In this document: one piece after another, positions 50,313-58,527 of the stretch
How the letters are laid out: each line of letters starts with the position of its first letter
How positions within the stretch are numbered: the stretch's first letter is position 1
Source: Obrimoposthia wandeli
Taxonomy: Eukaryota
NCBI GenBank assembly: GCA_977020255.1
Contig: CDROCS010001688.1
Coordinates: forward strand, 1 to 64,000
Length of the DNA stretch: 64,000 nucleotides
Direction of reading: 5' to 3'
The notes under the pieces: model-generated
The model's database searches: none
Seen by the model: the letters and a program-made list of their open reading frames with translations, nothing else
Told to the model about the DNA's origin: nothing
Position numbers and translations under genes: made by a program

Positions 50313-51784
50313 TGTTCAATTCATTGAAAAAGCTATCTTTAACTCAACTCGCAATTGCACTTACTGTTATATCGATTCTGATTCGTTTCTTGAGCCTTGG
50401 TTTATACCCACTCATGGATACAACGGAAGCCCGTTACGGTGAAATGGCAAGAATAATGTATGAAACGGGGAACTGGATTACCCCCATGTTTGATTACAAT
50501 GTACCATTTTGGGGGAAACCGCCGCTTTTTACTTGGCTAAGTGCCGCTGGGTTTGAAATTTTCGGTGTTAATGAATTTGCTGCCCGCGTACCTCATTTAC
50601 TTGTTGGTTTACTTATTTTAGCGATGACGTGGTTTGTTGCTTCTAGAGAAGAAAATAGCAATAAAGAACAAGCGTGGTTAGCGACGGCTATATTAGCGAC
50701 AACAGCTGCCTTTATCGTGATTTCTGGTGCAGTGATGACAGATACTGCACTCACCTTTGGCATCACACTCGCCATGATTGGTTTTTGGCAATCATGGACT
50801 AAACAATCTCGCTTTTGGGGTTATATGTTTTTTGTTGGCTTGTCTGTTGGCATGCTAGCAAAAGGGCCGTTAACACTGATTTTAGTGGGTATTAGCTTAA
50901 CACTGTGGATCTGTGGCGATAAAAGGTGGAAACGTATTCCAACCTGTTTACCGTGGAAAGGTGGCATCGCTATTTTCCTTATGCTATCACTTCCATGGTA
51001 CTTGCTTGCAGAATGGAAAAGCCCTGGTTTTCTCAATTACTTCATCGTTGGTGAACACATTAAACGGTTTATTGTAAGTGGCTGGGAAGGTGATTTGTAT
51101 GGCACTGCTCATAAAGAAATTCGCGGTACTATTTGGCTATATTGGGCACTTGCTGCATTGCCTTGGACACCGATTCTAATGTATCAGGTCGCGCGCTTTT
51201 TCAAAGCAGGAGAAGAAGGCGTCGTAAGCGATAATGGGTATTTCGGTTTCTTATGGTGTTGGATGCTGTCACCACTTATTCTGTTTACATTCTCAGGTAA
51301 TATTTTATCGAGTTATGTAATGCCTGGTTTACCTGCCTTTGCACTATTAGTCGCGGGTTATCAAGGAAAGTTAAAGTTACCTGAAAAGATATATAAGATA
51401 GGTTTAATCACGCCAGTGCTTATTATTATAATAGCGTTATTGCTTGGTTATAATCTAACAGGGAAAGAAGTTGAGAAAAATTTATTATCAACGTGGAGTC
51501 AACAAGTTGAAGCACCTGAAAGTCAGCTTATATATTTGAATAAGCGTCCATTCTCTGCTCAGTTCTATTCATATGGTAATGCAAAAAAGGTGACAGGGTC
51601 ACTGGTTGCAGTGTTGGATGACTTGAAAGAACCGACATTTTTGGCTGTAGAAACAGATAAGATCCCACAAGGTTTTATGTGGAATAAGAACCGTTGTGAG
51701 TTAAGGGCAGAGTCGAGCAATCGAGAGTTGGTTTACTGCACTCAACCCAAAAGTAATAAGGCCATTGCTGCAGTAACACCTTAA
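50312..51784 (+). CDS. ArnT/PMT-like GT-C glycosyltransferase
   Basis: DTTEARYGEMAR, KPPLFTW, EFAARVP, LAKGP; multi-TM. Confidence 0.88.
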   Translation: MFNSLKKLSLTQLAIALTVISILIRFLSLGLYPLMDTTEARYGEMARIMYETGNWITPMFDYNVPFWGKPPLFTWLSAAGFEIFGVNEFAARVPHLLVGLLILAMTWFVASREENSNKEQAWLATAILATTAAFIVISGAVMTDTALTFGITLAMIGFWQSWTKQSRFWGYMFFVGLSVGMLAKGPLTLILVGISLTLWICGDKRWKRIPTCLPWKGGIAIFLMLSLPWYLLAEWKSPGFLNYFIVGEHIKRFIVSGWEGDLYGTAHKEIRGTIWLYWALAALPWTPILMYQVARFFKAGEEGVVSDNGYFGFLWCWMLSPLILFTFSGNILSSYVMPGLPAFALLVAGYQGKLKLPEKIYKIGLITPVLIIIIALLLGYNLTGKEVEKNLLSTWSQQVEAPESQLIYLNKRPFSAQFYSYGNAKKVTGSLVAVLDDLKEPTFLAVETDKIPQGFMWNKNRCELRAESSNRELVYCTQPKSNKAIAAVTP

Positions 51785-51993
51785 TATAGATCTATATTTA
51801 GGATCATGATAATGAACTTGTATCGCATTATTCTCATGAGGAATTACATGGCAAGTTGTGTTGGTTTTTAGGTCTGCGATAAGGGTCTCATTGGTTGTAT
51901 TCTCAAATCGCTAAAACCGATCATCACGATAGATTAGCAATTTATTATCAGTAAGTTCTAGTAACTTACTGATAATAAATATACTTTTCGTAA

Positions 51994-52257
51994 TCAATTC
52001 ATACAAGTATGTAGATTGTAAGTAAACGTTTTTGTCGAATATTGGAATGGTAGGTTATGGTATTCGTCATAACTGACCACTTCGAACCTTATAATTATCG
52101 ATTGTTTAGAATGGAAATTAGATGAAGAGGTTAGGCTGACACTCGCAGGTGTGGAACTGTGGTCAATGATTAAAAATGGACTGATCGACAATCCTGAATA
52201 TTTATCAGTTTGGGATGAATTCGACGCATTGGTAGCCTTATTAGGTTTGGAAGTCAT
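51994..52257 (-). CDS. Possible small hypothetical protein
   Basis: 87-aa Ser-rich ORF on the same strand just downstream of the 58-aa gene; weak SD. Confidence 0.3.
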   Translation of the reverse strand: MTSKPNKATNASNSSQTDKYSGLSISPFLIIDHSSTPASVSLTSSSNFHSKQSIIIRFEVVSYDEYHNLPFQYSTKTFTYNLHTCMN

Positions 52258-52320
52258 TACGCCTGTGCTTTAATTATAACTTTGCGAAAACCCGATTGTG
52301 CGACTCTGGTTTTATTATAG

Positions 52321-52497
52321 TTATACTCCCCATTCCTTTTCCCATTCCTGCTGTGCTTTAATTTCTTCAATGCGATTACGGGCACTTACTTGTGTCTTTT
52401 TGTCTGCAGGAGTCTTTTTATCAATTTTTTTTGCTGGTTTCTTCTTCGGTTTATCATTGATTGCAAGATCGCTTGCTTGTGGGGTGGGCTTCATCAT
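52321..52497 (-). CDS. Small basic protein, 58 aa, not in the ORF track
   Basis: AGGAG SD 5 nt upstream; MMKPTPQASDLAINDKPKKKPAKKIDKKTPADKKTQVSARNRIEEIKAQQEWEKEWGV. Confidence 0.75.
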   Translation of the reverse strand: MMKPTPQASDLAINDKPKKKPAKKIDKKTPADKKTQVSARNRIEEIKAQQEWEKEWGV

Positions 52498-52624
52498 ATT
52501 TCTCCTGTGAGTATTTCTCTATAATATTAAAACTATTGTATAACTGTAAAGTATTGTTTTTTTAGCAATGTGCCTTCGTGGCTTTTTCTAACTCACTTTT
52601 GACCTTAATAACGTTATGATTCAG

Positions 52625-53206
52625 CTATCGACACACATCCTGATAAAGCTGTTCGGCGAGTTGCTTTATGGTGTTACCTTCAGGGTGAGTATGGGCGAAT
52701 GTTCTTAAACCATATATTCCCATCATAAGATAATAAGCGCGCGTATCAGCGTTGCGTTCGCTGGTAATTTCCTTTTGATTAATTGCCTTTTGCAAGACCT
52801 GAGCTATTGCTTTCTGCCAGTTAGCTAGATGAAGTGTAATAATGCCATGCACTTCTTTATCTTGTTCTGCGACTTCATTCAGTGCTTTAGTCAGCAAACA
52901 AGCCCGAGAGGCATCACAGCTCTGGCATTCTACAACGATATTATCAAGATAGGATCTAAGCTCAATAAGTGCAGGTCTTTGACCAGAAAAAAAACCAGTG
53001 AACTCAGCATTTCTATCTTGATGGTATTGGTCTAATGCTGCTAAAAGGAGGCCACGCTTATTTTCGAACGCACAATAGATAGAGCCAGGGTGTAAGCCTG
53101 TGGCTTTTTTCAGATCTTGCATACTGGTCTTACCGTAACCTTTATCCATAAAGGAGGTCATAGCGGATCTCAATACTTTCTCTCTATCAAATTCTGCAAC
53201 TCGCAT
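52625..53206 (-). CDS. TetR/AcrR family regulator (NemR-like)
   Basis: KGYGKTSMQDL...GLHPGSIYCAFENK HTH; divergent from the OYE gene. Confidence 0.92.
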   Translation of the reverse strand: MRVAEFDREKVLRSAMTSFMDKGYGKTSMQDLKKATGLHPGSIYCAFENKRGLLLAALDQYHQDRNAEFTGFFSGQRPALIELRSYLDNIVVECQSCDASRACLLTKALNEVAEQDKEVHGIITLHLANWQKAIAQVLQKAINQKEITSERNADTRAYYLMMGIYGLRTFAHTHPEGNTIKQLAEQLYQDVCR

Positions 53207-53267
53207 GGCTAGTTAGTAACTCTTTCTATCTGCGTGATTTGTATAAGTTAGGGCTATTGTAACCAAT

Positions 53268-53339
53268 TTTTAACGTTTATTCAAAAAATATCTTGAACGT
53301 CTATTCAAAAAAGAATATCTTGAATGTTCATTCAAGATA
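53268..53339. promoter_or_regulatory. Tandem TetR-type operators in the divergent spacer
   Basis: TATCTTGAATG-TT-CATTCAAGATA (53316-53339) plus two degenerate copies upstream. Confidence 0.7.
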
Positions 53340-53350
53340 CAGAGGTAGCT

Positions 53351-54403
53351 ATGACTGATAACTTATTTCAAAGTTATGTTCTCAATAAGACTTTATCCTT
53401 AAAAAATCGCATTCTCATGGCACCACTGACTCGTTGTATGGCTGATGATGAATTAATACCGACTCAAGATATGGCTGACTACTATGGTCGTCGAGGCGAA
53501 GCAGGATTAATTATTTCAGAAGCGGTGATCATACGCCCAGACGGCCAAGGTTATCCTAATACCCCAGGTTTATTTACTCCGGCACAAATTAACGGTTGGA
53601 GAGTGGTAACGAGTGCAGTACATCAAAGCGGAGGCAAAATTTTCGCACAACTTTGGCACACTGGCCGTGTAGCACATCCGCACTTTTATCAAGCAACAGG
53701 TAGTCAAGATGTCATGGCACCTTCAGCAGTAGGTGTTGAAGGAAGTGTACCTAGAATGCGCGAGCTGACTTACCAAATACCAAAGGCTGTATCGGTTGAG
53801 GAAATTGCTCAGTTAGTTAGTGATTATTCTCAAGCAGCGGCTAACGCTATTGACGCAGGTTTTGATGGTGTTGAAATCCACGGTGCAAACGGTTATTTAA
53901 TTGACCAATTTTTACATCACGACAGTAACCGCCGCAGTGATCAATATGGGCTAACACCTGAAAACATGTCGCGTTTCGCTCTTGAAGTGGTTGATGCCAT
54001 CGTTGCTCGTATCGGCAATGACAGAACGGCGTTACGTGTATCACCTGGTGCATATTTCAATATGGCTGGTGACAGCCGTGACCGTGATGTTTTCGATTAT
54101 CTTGTTCCTGAGCTTGAGAAGCGTGATTTAGCTTTCCTACATATTGGCATTTTCGATGACGCTATGGAATTTGACTATTTAGGTGGTCGCGCTTCAAGTT
54201 ATGTTCGCAGCATTTATAGCAAGACGTTAGTAGGTGTAGGCAGCTTTACCGCTGAAACAGGTAGTAAAGCAATTGCGGATGATAAATTTGATCTGCTTGC
54301 GATTGGCCGACCATTTATTGCCAACCCTGATTATGTAGAGCGTGTGCGTGATGGGAAAGATTTAGTTGAATACTCAGGTGAGATGTTGACGAGTCTTGTA
54401 TAA
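53351..54403 (+). CDS. Old yellow enzyme / alkene reductase (NemA-like)
   Basis: MAPLTR, QLWHTGR, EIHGANGYLIDQF, GRPFIANPD; AGAGGT SD supports the 53351 start. Confidence 0.95.
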   Translation: MTDNLFQSYVLNKTLSLKNRILMAPLTRCMADDELIPTQDMADYYGRRGEAGLIISEAVIIRPDGQGYPNTPGLFTPAQINGWRVVTSAVHQSGGKIFAQLWHTGRVAHPHFYQATGSQDVMAPSAVGVEGSVPRMRELTYQIPKAVSVEEIAQLVSDYSQAAANAIDAGFDGVEIHGANGYLIDQFLHHDSNRRSDQYGLTPENMSRFALEVVDAIVARIGNDRTALRVSPGAYFNMAGDSRDRDVFDYLVPELEKRDLAFLHIGIFDDAMEFDYLGGRASSYVRSIYSKTLVGVGSFTAETGSKAIADDKFDLLAIGRPFIANPDYVERVRDGKDLVEYSGEMLTSLV

Positions 54404-54420
54404 GCCAGAACACTGATTAA

Positions 54421-54444
54421 TGAATTAATGAATTAGTGAATTAG
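54421..54444. repeat. 8-bp tandem repeat TGAATTAR x3
   Basis: TGAATTAA TGAATTAG TGAATTAG read directly. Confidence 0.85.
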
Positions 54445-54470
54445 TGATTGTTCGTTAATAGTGATAAACA

Positions 54471-54497
54471 AAATAGGGTTAGCATTGTGCTAACCCT
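54471..54497 (-). terminator. Terminator hairpin with the T tract on the minus strand
   Basis: AGGGTTAGCA-TTG-TGCTAACCCT preceded by AAAAT on the plus strand. Confidence 0.6.
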
Positions 54498-55222
54498 GTA
54501 AATGGACTTGGAGGTAGGCTTCCTGTCGATCTGCTTGATACAGAAGATGGTTACTATCTACTGGGGGAGCGATGGTTCAACCAGTCTAAACCAGATATTA
54601 CGAAAGGCCTGCATCATTGGTTAACATAAATTCTCCTAGTCAAACAAATGCCACGATTACTGGTATTGGTAGGTCAAGATTGAACTGAGTGATCAGTAGA
54701 TCACTTACCGTGTGTCCAAACATGTTGGCCGTTACGGCTCCAGCCTCGAGACAACCCTGGTGGCTCAATTAACGAGAACAACATCAGCAATACAAGCGTG
54801 ACACCAAACAGCGCCATGCTCTCTGTCGAAGTTAAGTTATGAAGGTTAATATTGACCCAAGATTTCCATAAACCGAAATTATCAGAAGGATAATATTATG
54901 TTGGGATTAGTAATCACTATTCAAAAAATCCGCTCTTGATATTAGAGGGGTACAACAAAGGGTCTTTAACCGGGAACACGTATTGTGTAGTCGAGCAATC
55001 AGGATCGGCAGCAGCATTGATATGGGCGTCAGATATCTAAAAAGAGGCTTGGTTAAACCTCTTATTGCCTAATTAGGTGAATTATCAATCAAACACTGTT
55101 TTTATTGAAGCTTAAGTTTCAATAATAGTGGTATGACTACCAATTATTGATTGTTAAAATAATAACAATAATACCTTTCATTGTTATTAATCCATGTATG
55201 ACCTTACATTTTTATGGATGTT

Positions 55223-55252
55223 CGCCCTGCAATCAATTGCAGGGCTTTTTTT
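55223..55252 (+). terminator. Strong orphan Rho-independent terminator
   Basis: GCCCTGCAA-TCAA-TTGCAGGGC followed by T8; no plus-strand gene upstream. Confidence 0.8.
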
Positions 55253-55451
55253 TACCTTATCGATACTAGATTCACTAGTAGGAAAATCAACCGTTCTCCA
55301 ATAAGGCCCATCAAGGGAGATGTCGAAAACGGAGAAGCGTAATTAATTTATTTGAGGTTACTTTGTACCATTATCGAAAAATATCGTTCTCAAAATGGTA
55401 ACAATTTGAAATGTATCGCTCTGAAAGATTAAAACGACAAACACCAGATAC

Positions 55452-55477
55452 AAAAAAGCCGCTCATTGAGCGGCTTC
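55452..55477 (-). terminator. Terminator of the tRNA operon
   Basis: Minus strand AAGCCGCTCAATGAGCGGCTTTTTT just after tRNA-Gly. Confidence 0.85.
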
Positions 55478-55486
55478 GTTGTTGTT

Positions 55487-55494
55487 TGGAGCGT

Positions 55495-55557
<63 letters not shown>

Positions 55558-55561
55558 ACGC
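55487..55561 (-). tRNA. tRNA-Gly(TCC)
   Basis: GCGTGCA...CTTCCAA loop...GGTTCGATTCC...GCTCCA. Confidence 0.97.
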
Positions 55562-55610
55562 AATTTGTTACTTATAAAGCTTATCACTTCGAAAATAACA
55601 AAGTTGTAGA

Positions 55611-55642
<32 letters not shown>

Positions 55643-55695
55643 GCAGAGCCGTCAGATTTACAATCTGATCCCTTTGGCCACTCGGGAACCCCTCC
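55611..55695 (-). tRNA. tRNA-Tyr(GTA)
   Basis: GGAGGGG...TTGTAAA loop, long variable arm, GGTTCGAATCC, CCA end. Confidence 0.97.
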
Positions 55696-55713
55696 AGGGG
55701 TATTACTAATAAA

Positions 55714-55731
55714 TGGTGCCGACTACCGGAG

Positions 55732-55789
<58 letters not shown>
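55714..55789 (-). tRNA. tRNA-Thr(TGT)
   Basis: GCCGACT...CTTGTAA loop...AGTTCGACTC...GGCACCA. Confidence 0.97.
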
Positions 55790-55834
55790 ACACTTTATTC
55801 TTCTTGTATTTACGCTTATGCCTAAATACCAATA

Positions 55835-55925
55835 TGGCGGAGAGATAGGGATTTGAACCCTAGAAGGGCTATAAACCCTTGCCGGTTTTCAAGACCGGTG
55901 CTTTCGACCACTCAGCCATCTCTCC
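55835..55925 (-). tRNA. tRNA-Ser(TGA)
   Basis: GGAGAGA...CTTGAAA loop, long variable arm, GGTTCAAATCC, CCA end. Confidence 0.97.
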
Positions 55926-55936
55926 TGATGCGAAGA

Positions 55937-55965
55937 ATAATAGTGAATACAGATTGTGTTGTAAA
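55937..55965 (-). promoter_or_regulatory. Sigma70 promoter of the tRNA operon
   Basis: Minus strand TTTACA, 17 bp, TATTAT, 11 bp upstream of the tRNA-Ser 5' end. Confidence 0.75.
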
Positions 55966-56235
55966 CCCCTTATATTTCTAACCGGCTAATATATAAGCCA
56001 TTTAGTGGTATTCGCAATTAAATCACGCGGATTTGATCGATTTATTTTAGTCAATATTAAATAGGCTTACTTAAAGGGTGAATTCTGAGCGATAGATTGG
56101 GTGATTTAGGCCTTTATACTAGGCATCTTGAGCTGTATATGAGTGAGTTTGCCATTTCATCAAAGCAATTGCCTAAAACGATAAGGATGTTTATGCTATT
56201 TAGCTGTTATAAAACGATTATAAAAAGGAAAAACA

Positions 56236-57153
56236 ATGACAGGCTTAGTATATCCGATTGGTACTTCTGGTAAAAAATGGAAAGTAGAAGAAAAAGCGGC
56301 TTGGTTAGCGAAGCAGACGATAGAGCGTTCTTACCTTGAAGAAGTGGTTACTAAGCTTGAGCCCCTTAAAAAAAGCTTAGAACTGGTTCAATACGGTGCA
56401 CTTTCTTACGACGTCAAAAAATATCCACTTTATGCTGTTAAATCATTAAAGTGGGATCTGAATAAGCCGACAATTTTAGTCACGGGTGGGGTACATGGCT
56501 ATGAAACTAGCGGTGTACACGGTGCTATTAAATTCTTAGAAACTGAAGTTCAAAACTACAGTAATACATTTAATATTGTTGTTGCGCCGTGTGTTAGCCC
56601 TTGGGGTTACGAAATTATTAATCGATGGAATCCAAACACGGTCGATCCTAATCGTTCGTTTTATGAGAATAGCCCTTCAGAAGAATCAGCGGCTTTAATG
56701 CAATTTGTAGCATCACTTGGCGTAAGTATTACAGCGCATATTGATTTACATGAAACGACCGATTCAGATGAATCTGAATTTAGGCCTGCATTGGCTGCTC
56801 GCGATGGTATTGAGTACGACGCTGATATTATTCCTGATGGTTTTTATTTAGTGGGTGATACTGAAAACCCAATGGATGCATTTCAAAAAGCCATCATTGA
56901 ATCAGTCAGAAAAGTGACTCATATTGCCCCTGCAGATGCTGAAGGTAACATCATTGGCGAGCCTATAACGCAAGAGGGTGTTATTAACTACGCAACCAAA
57001 GCGTTAGGGTTATGTAGTGGTTTTACTGATTGTACGTACGCGACAACGACTGAAGTTTATCCTGATAGCCCACTGATTAATGATGATGAGTGTAACAACG
57101 CACAAGTTGCTGCGATAACGGGTGCGCTTAACTATATTAAAAGTGTAATGTAG
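56236..57153 (+). CDS. M14 family metallocarboxypeptidase (AstE/AspA-like)
   Basis: GGVHGYET zinc motif, SPWGYE..NRWN, IDLHET, TTTEVYPD. Confidence 0.88.
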   Translation: MTGLVYPIGTSGKKWKVEEKAAWLAKQTIERSYLEEVVTKLEPLKKSLELVQYGALSYDVKKYPLYAVKSLKWDLNKPTILVTGGVHGYETSGVHGAIKFLETEVQNYSNTFNIVVAPCVSPWGYEIINRWNPNTVDPNRSFYENSPSEESAALMQFVASLGVSITAHIDLHETTDSDESEFRPALAARDGIEYDADIIPDGFYLVGDTENPMDAFQKAIIESVRKVTHIAPADAEGNIIGEPITQEGVINYATKALGLCSGFTDCTYATTTEVYPDSPLINDDECNNAQVAAITGALNYIKSVM

Positions 57154-57372
57154 AGCTACGCTATTTCGTTTATGTTCAATCTATAAAGGTCGCAAATTGC
57201 GGCCTTTTTGATAGGTATACAAACGTGATGCTGTTTTTAAAAGTAAAGTACTAACTCGTTTATAAACAAAGAATTGGATTCACACGATATAACCAGAATT
57301 TGTTTCATTTAAATGTCATAAAAAGCGCATATATTCCATCTATTAAATTTAATGATAGTAATGGAATCAATC

Positions 57373-58383
57373 ATGAAAATGAACAAACTGCTCGTGCTAA
57401 TGGTACTGGCAAGTTCTAGTGCAACAGCATTTGAATTGTCTGCCCCTTCGCAAAATAGCACTGATAATTTGGTATGGACGGGGCACTTAAGTCCAGATAC
57501 GGATACGATGACGTCAGCAATACTTGCTGCCCATATCTATGGTGGTACGGCTGCGGTTCCCGAAGCCATTAACCCCGAAAGCCAATTTGTCTTGGAATAT
57601 TGCCAAGCAAAAGCACCAAAACAGCTAAATGATTTTAGCCAGAAAGCCGTAGGCTTAGTCGATTTCAATCAGAAAACGCAATTGCATAAAACCATAGATG
57701 AAAGCAGTATTGTTGCCATTATCGATCACCATGCAATTGGTGGTAAACCCGTTAATATGTCTCAAGTTGCTGCAATCGATATTCGAGCATGGGGTTCTGC
57801 TGCTACTATTTTGGCAGATCGCGCTGAAAGCTTGAATCTTCAACTACCAAAGTCTGTCGCTTGTACAACTCTAGCGGGTATTCTGTCTGATACAGTTGTT
57901 TTTCAATCGTCTACGACCACTCAATATGATCATACCTACGCTGAAAAAATGGCATTGCAAGCTGGTATCAAAGATATAGAAGCATTTGGTCAAAAAATGC
58001 TAGAAGCTAAATCTGACCTTAGTCATGTTAGCGCAGAAGATATTCTGACGATGGATTATAAGAATTTTGAATTTGGTGGTAAGAAAGTCGGTATTGGTGT
58101 TGCTGAAACATTAACTGCCCAACAATTGCTTGATCGACGTGATGAGTTTGTTACAGCCATGAAATCACATAAAGAGGCTAATAAACTGGATCACCTCTTT
58201 TTCTCTGTAACCGACACAAAGAATAAGCGTGCTAATCTTTTGTGGATTGACGCTGTTGATTTGTCTGTAGCAACATTAGCATTCGACGGTGATGTTAAAG
58301 AAGGGTGGTTATCTCTTGATGGTGTTACGTCACGTAAGCGTCAGATTGGCCCTGCAATTCAACAAGCAATCGAAGCCAAATAA
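57373..58383 (+). CDS. ppaC: Mn-dependent family II inorganic pyrophosphatase (DHH/DHHA2) with an N-terminal signal peptide
   Basis: GHLSPDTD, VDFN, IDHH, ILSDT, MDYKNF, SRKRQI; MKMNKLLVLMVLASSSATA signal. Confidence 0.88.
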   Translation: MKMNKLLVLMVLASSSATAFELSAPSQNSTDNLVWTGHLSPDTDTMTSAILAAHIYGGTAAVPEAINPESQFVLEYCQAKAPKQLNDFSQKAVGLVDFNQKTQLHKTIDESSIVAIIDHHAIGGKPVNMSQVAAIDIRAWGSAATILADRAESLNLQLPKSVACTTLAGILSDTVVFQSSTTTQYDHTYAEKMALQAGIKDIEAFGQKMLEAKSDLSHVSAEDILTMDYKNFEFGGKKVGIGVAETLTAQQLLDRRDEFVTAMKSHKEANKLDHLFFSVTDTKNKRANLLWIDAVDLSVATLAFDGDVKEGWLSLDGVTSRKRQIGPAIQQAIEAK

Positions 58384-58411
58384 GGCTTATACCGCTTAGT
58401 ATCTTAGTATG

Positions 58412-58446
58412 AAAAGAGGCCGCTGATTAAAACAGCGGCCTCTTTT
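58412..58446. terminator. Bidirectional terminator
   Basis: AAAAGAGGCCGCTG...CAGCGGCCTCTTTT. Confidence 0.8.
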
Positions 58447-58527
58447 TATTAGTTACAGCCCGAAATCAACTATCAAATGCATTCACGTTTTGTGTGTAAA
58501 TTCTCAGTCCCTAACATTAAGAAGCTT

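Noticed and set aside
52298-52510. 70-aa plus-strand ORF in the track
   Set aside because: It is the antisense shadow of the 58-aa minus-strand gene, which has a strong SD.
53324-53350. MFIQ start for the OYE gene
   Set aside because: It falls inside the operator palindrome; the ATG at 53351 has an AGAGGT SD.
54486-54628. Protein-like plus-strand frame GGRLPVDLLDTEDGYYLLGERWFNQ...
   Set aside because: No start codon after the upstream TAG and no recognisable family; at most a gene fragment.
55371-55668. ORFs 55371..55559 and 55411..55668
   Set aside because: They are translations through tRNA genes.
55487-55925. Integrative element or prophage anchored at a tRNA 3' end
   Set aside because: I saw no duplicated tRNA 3' end and no intact integrase in the window.
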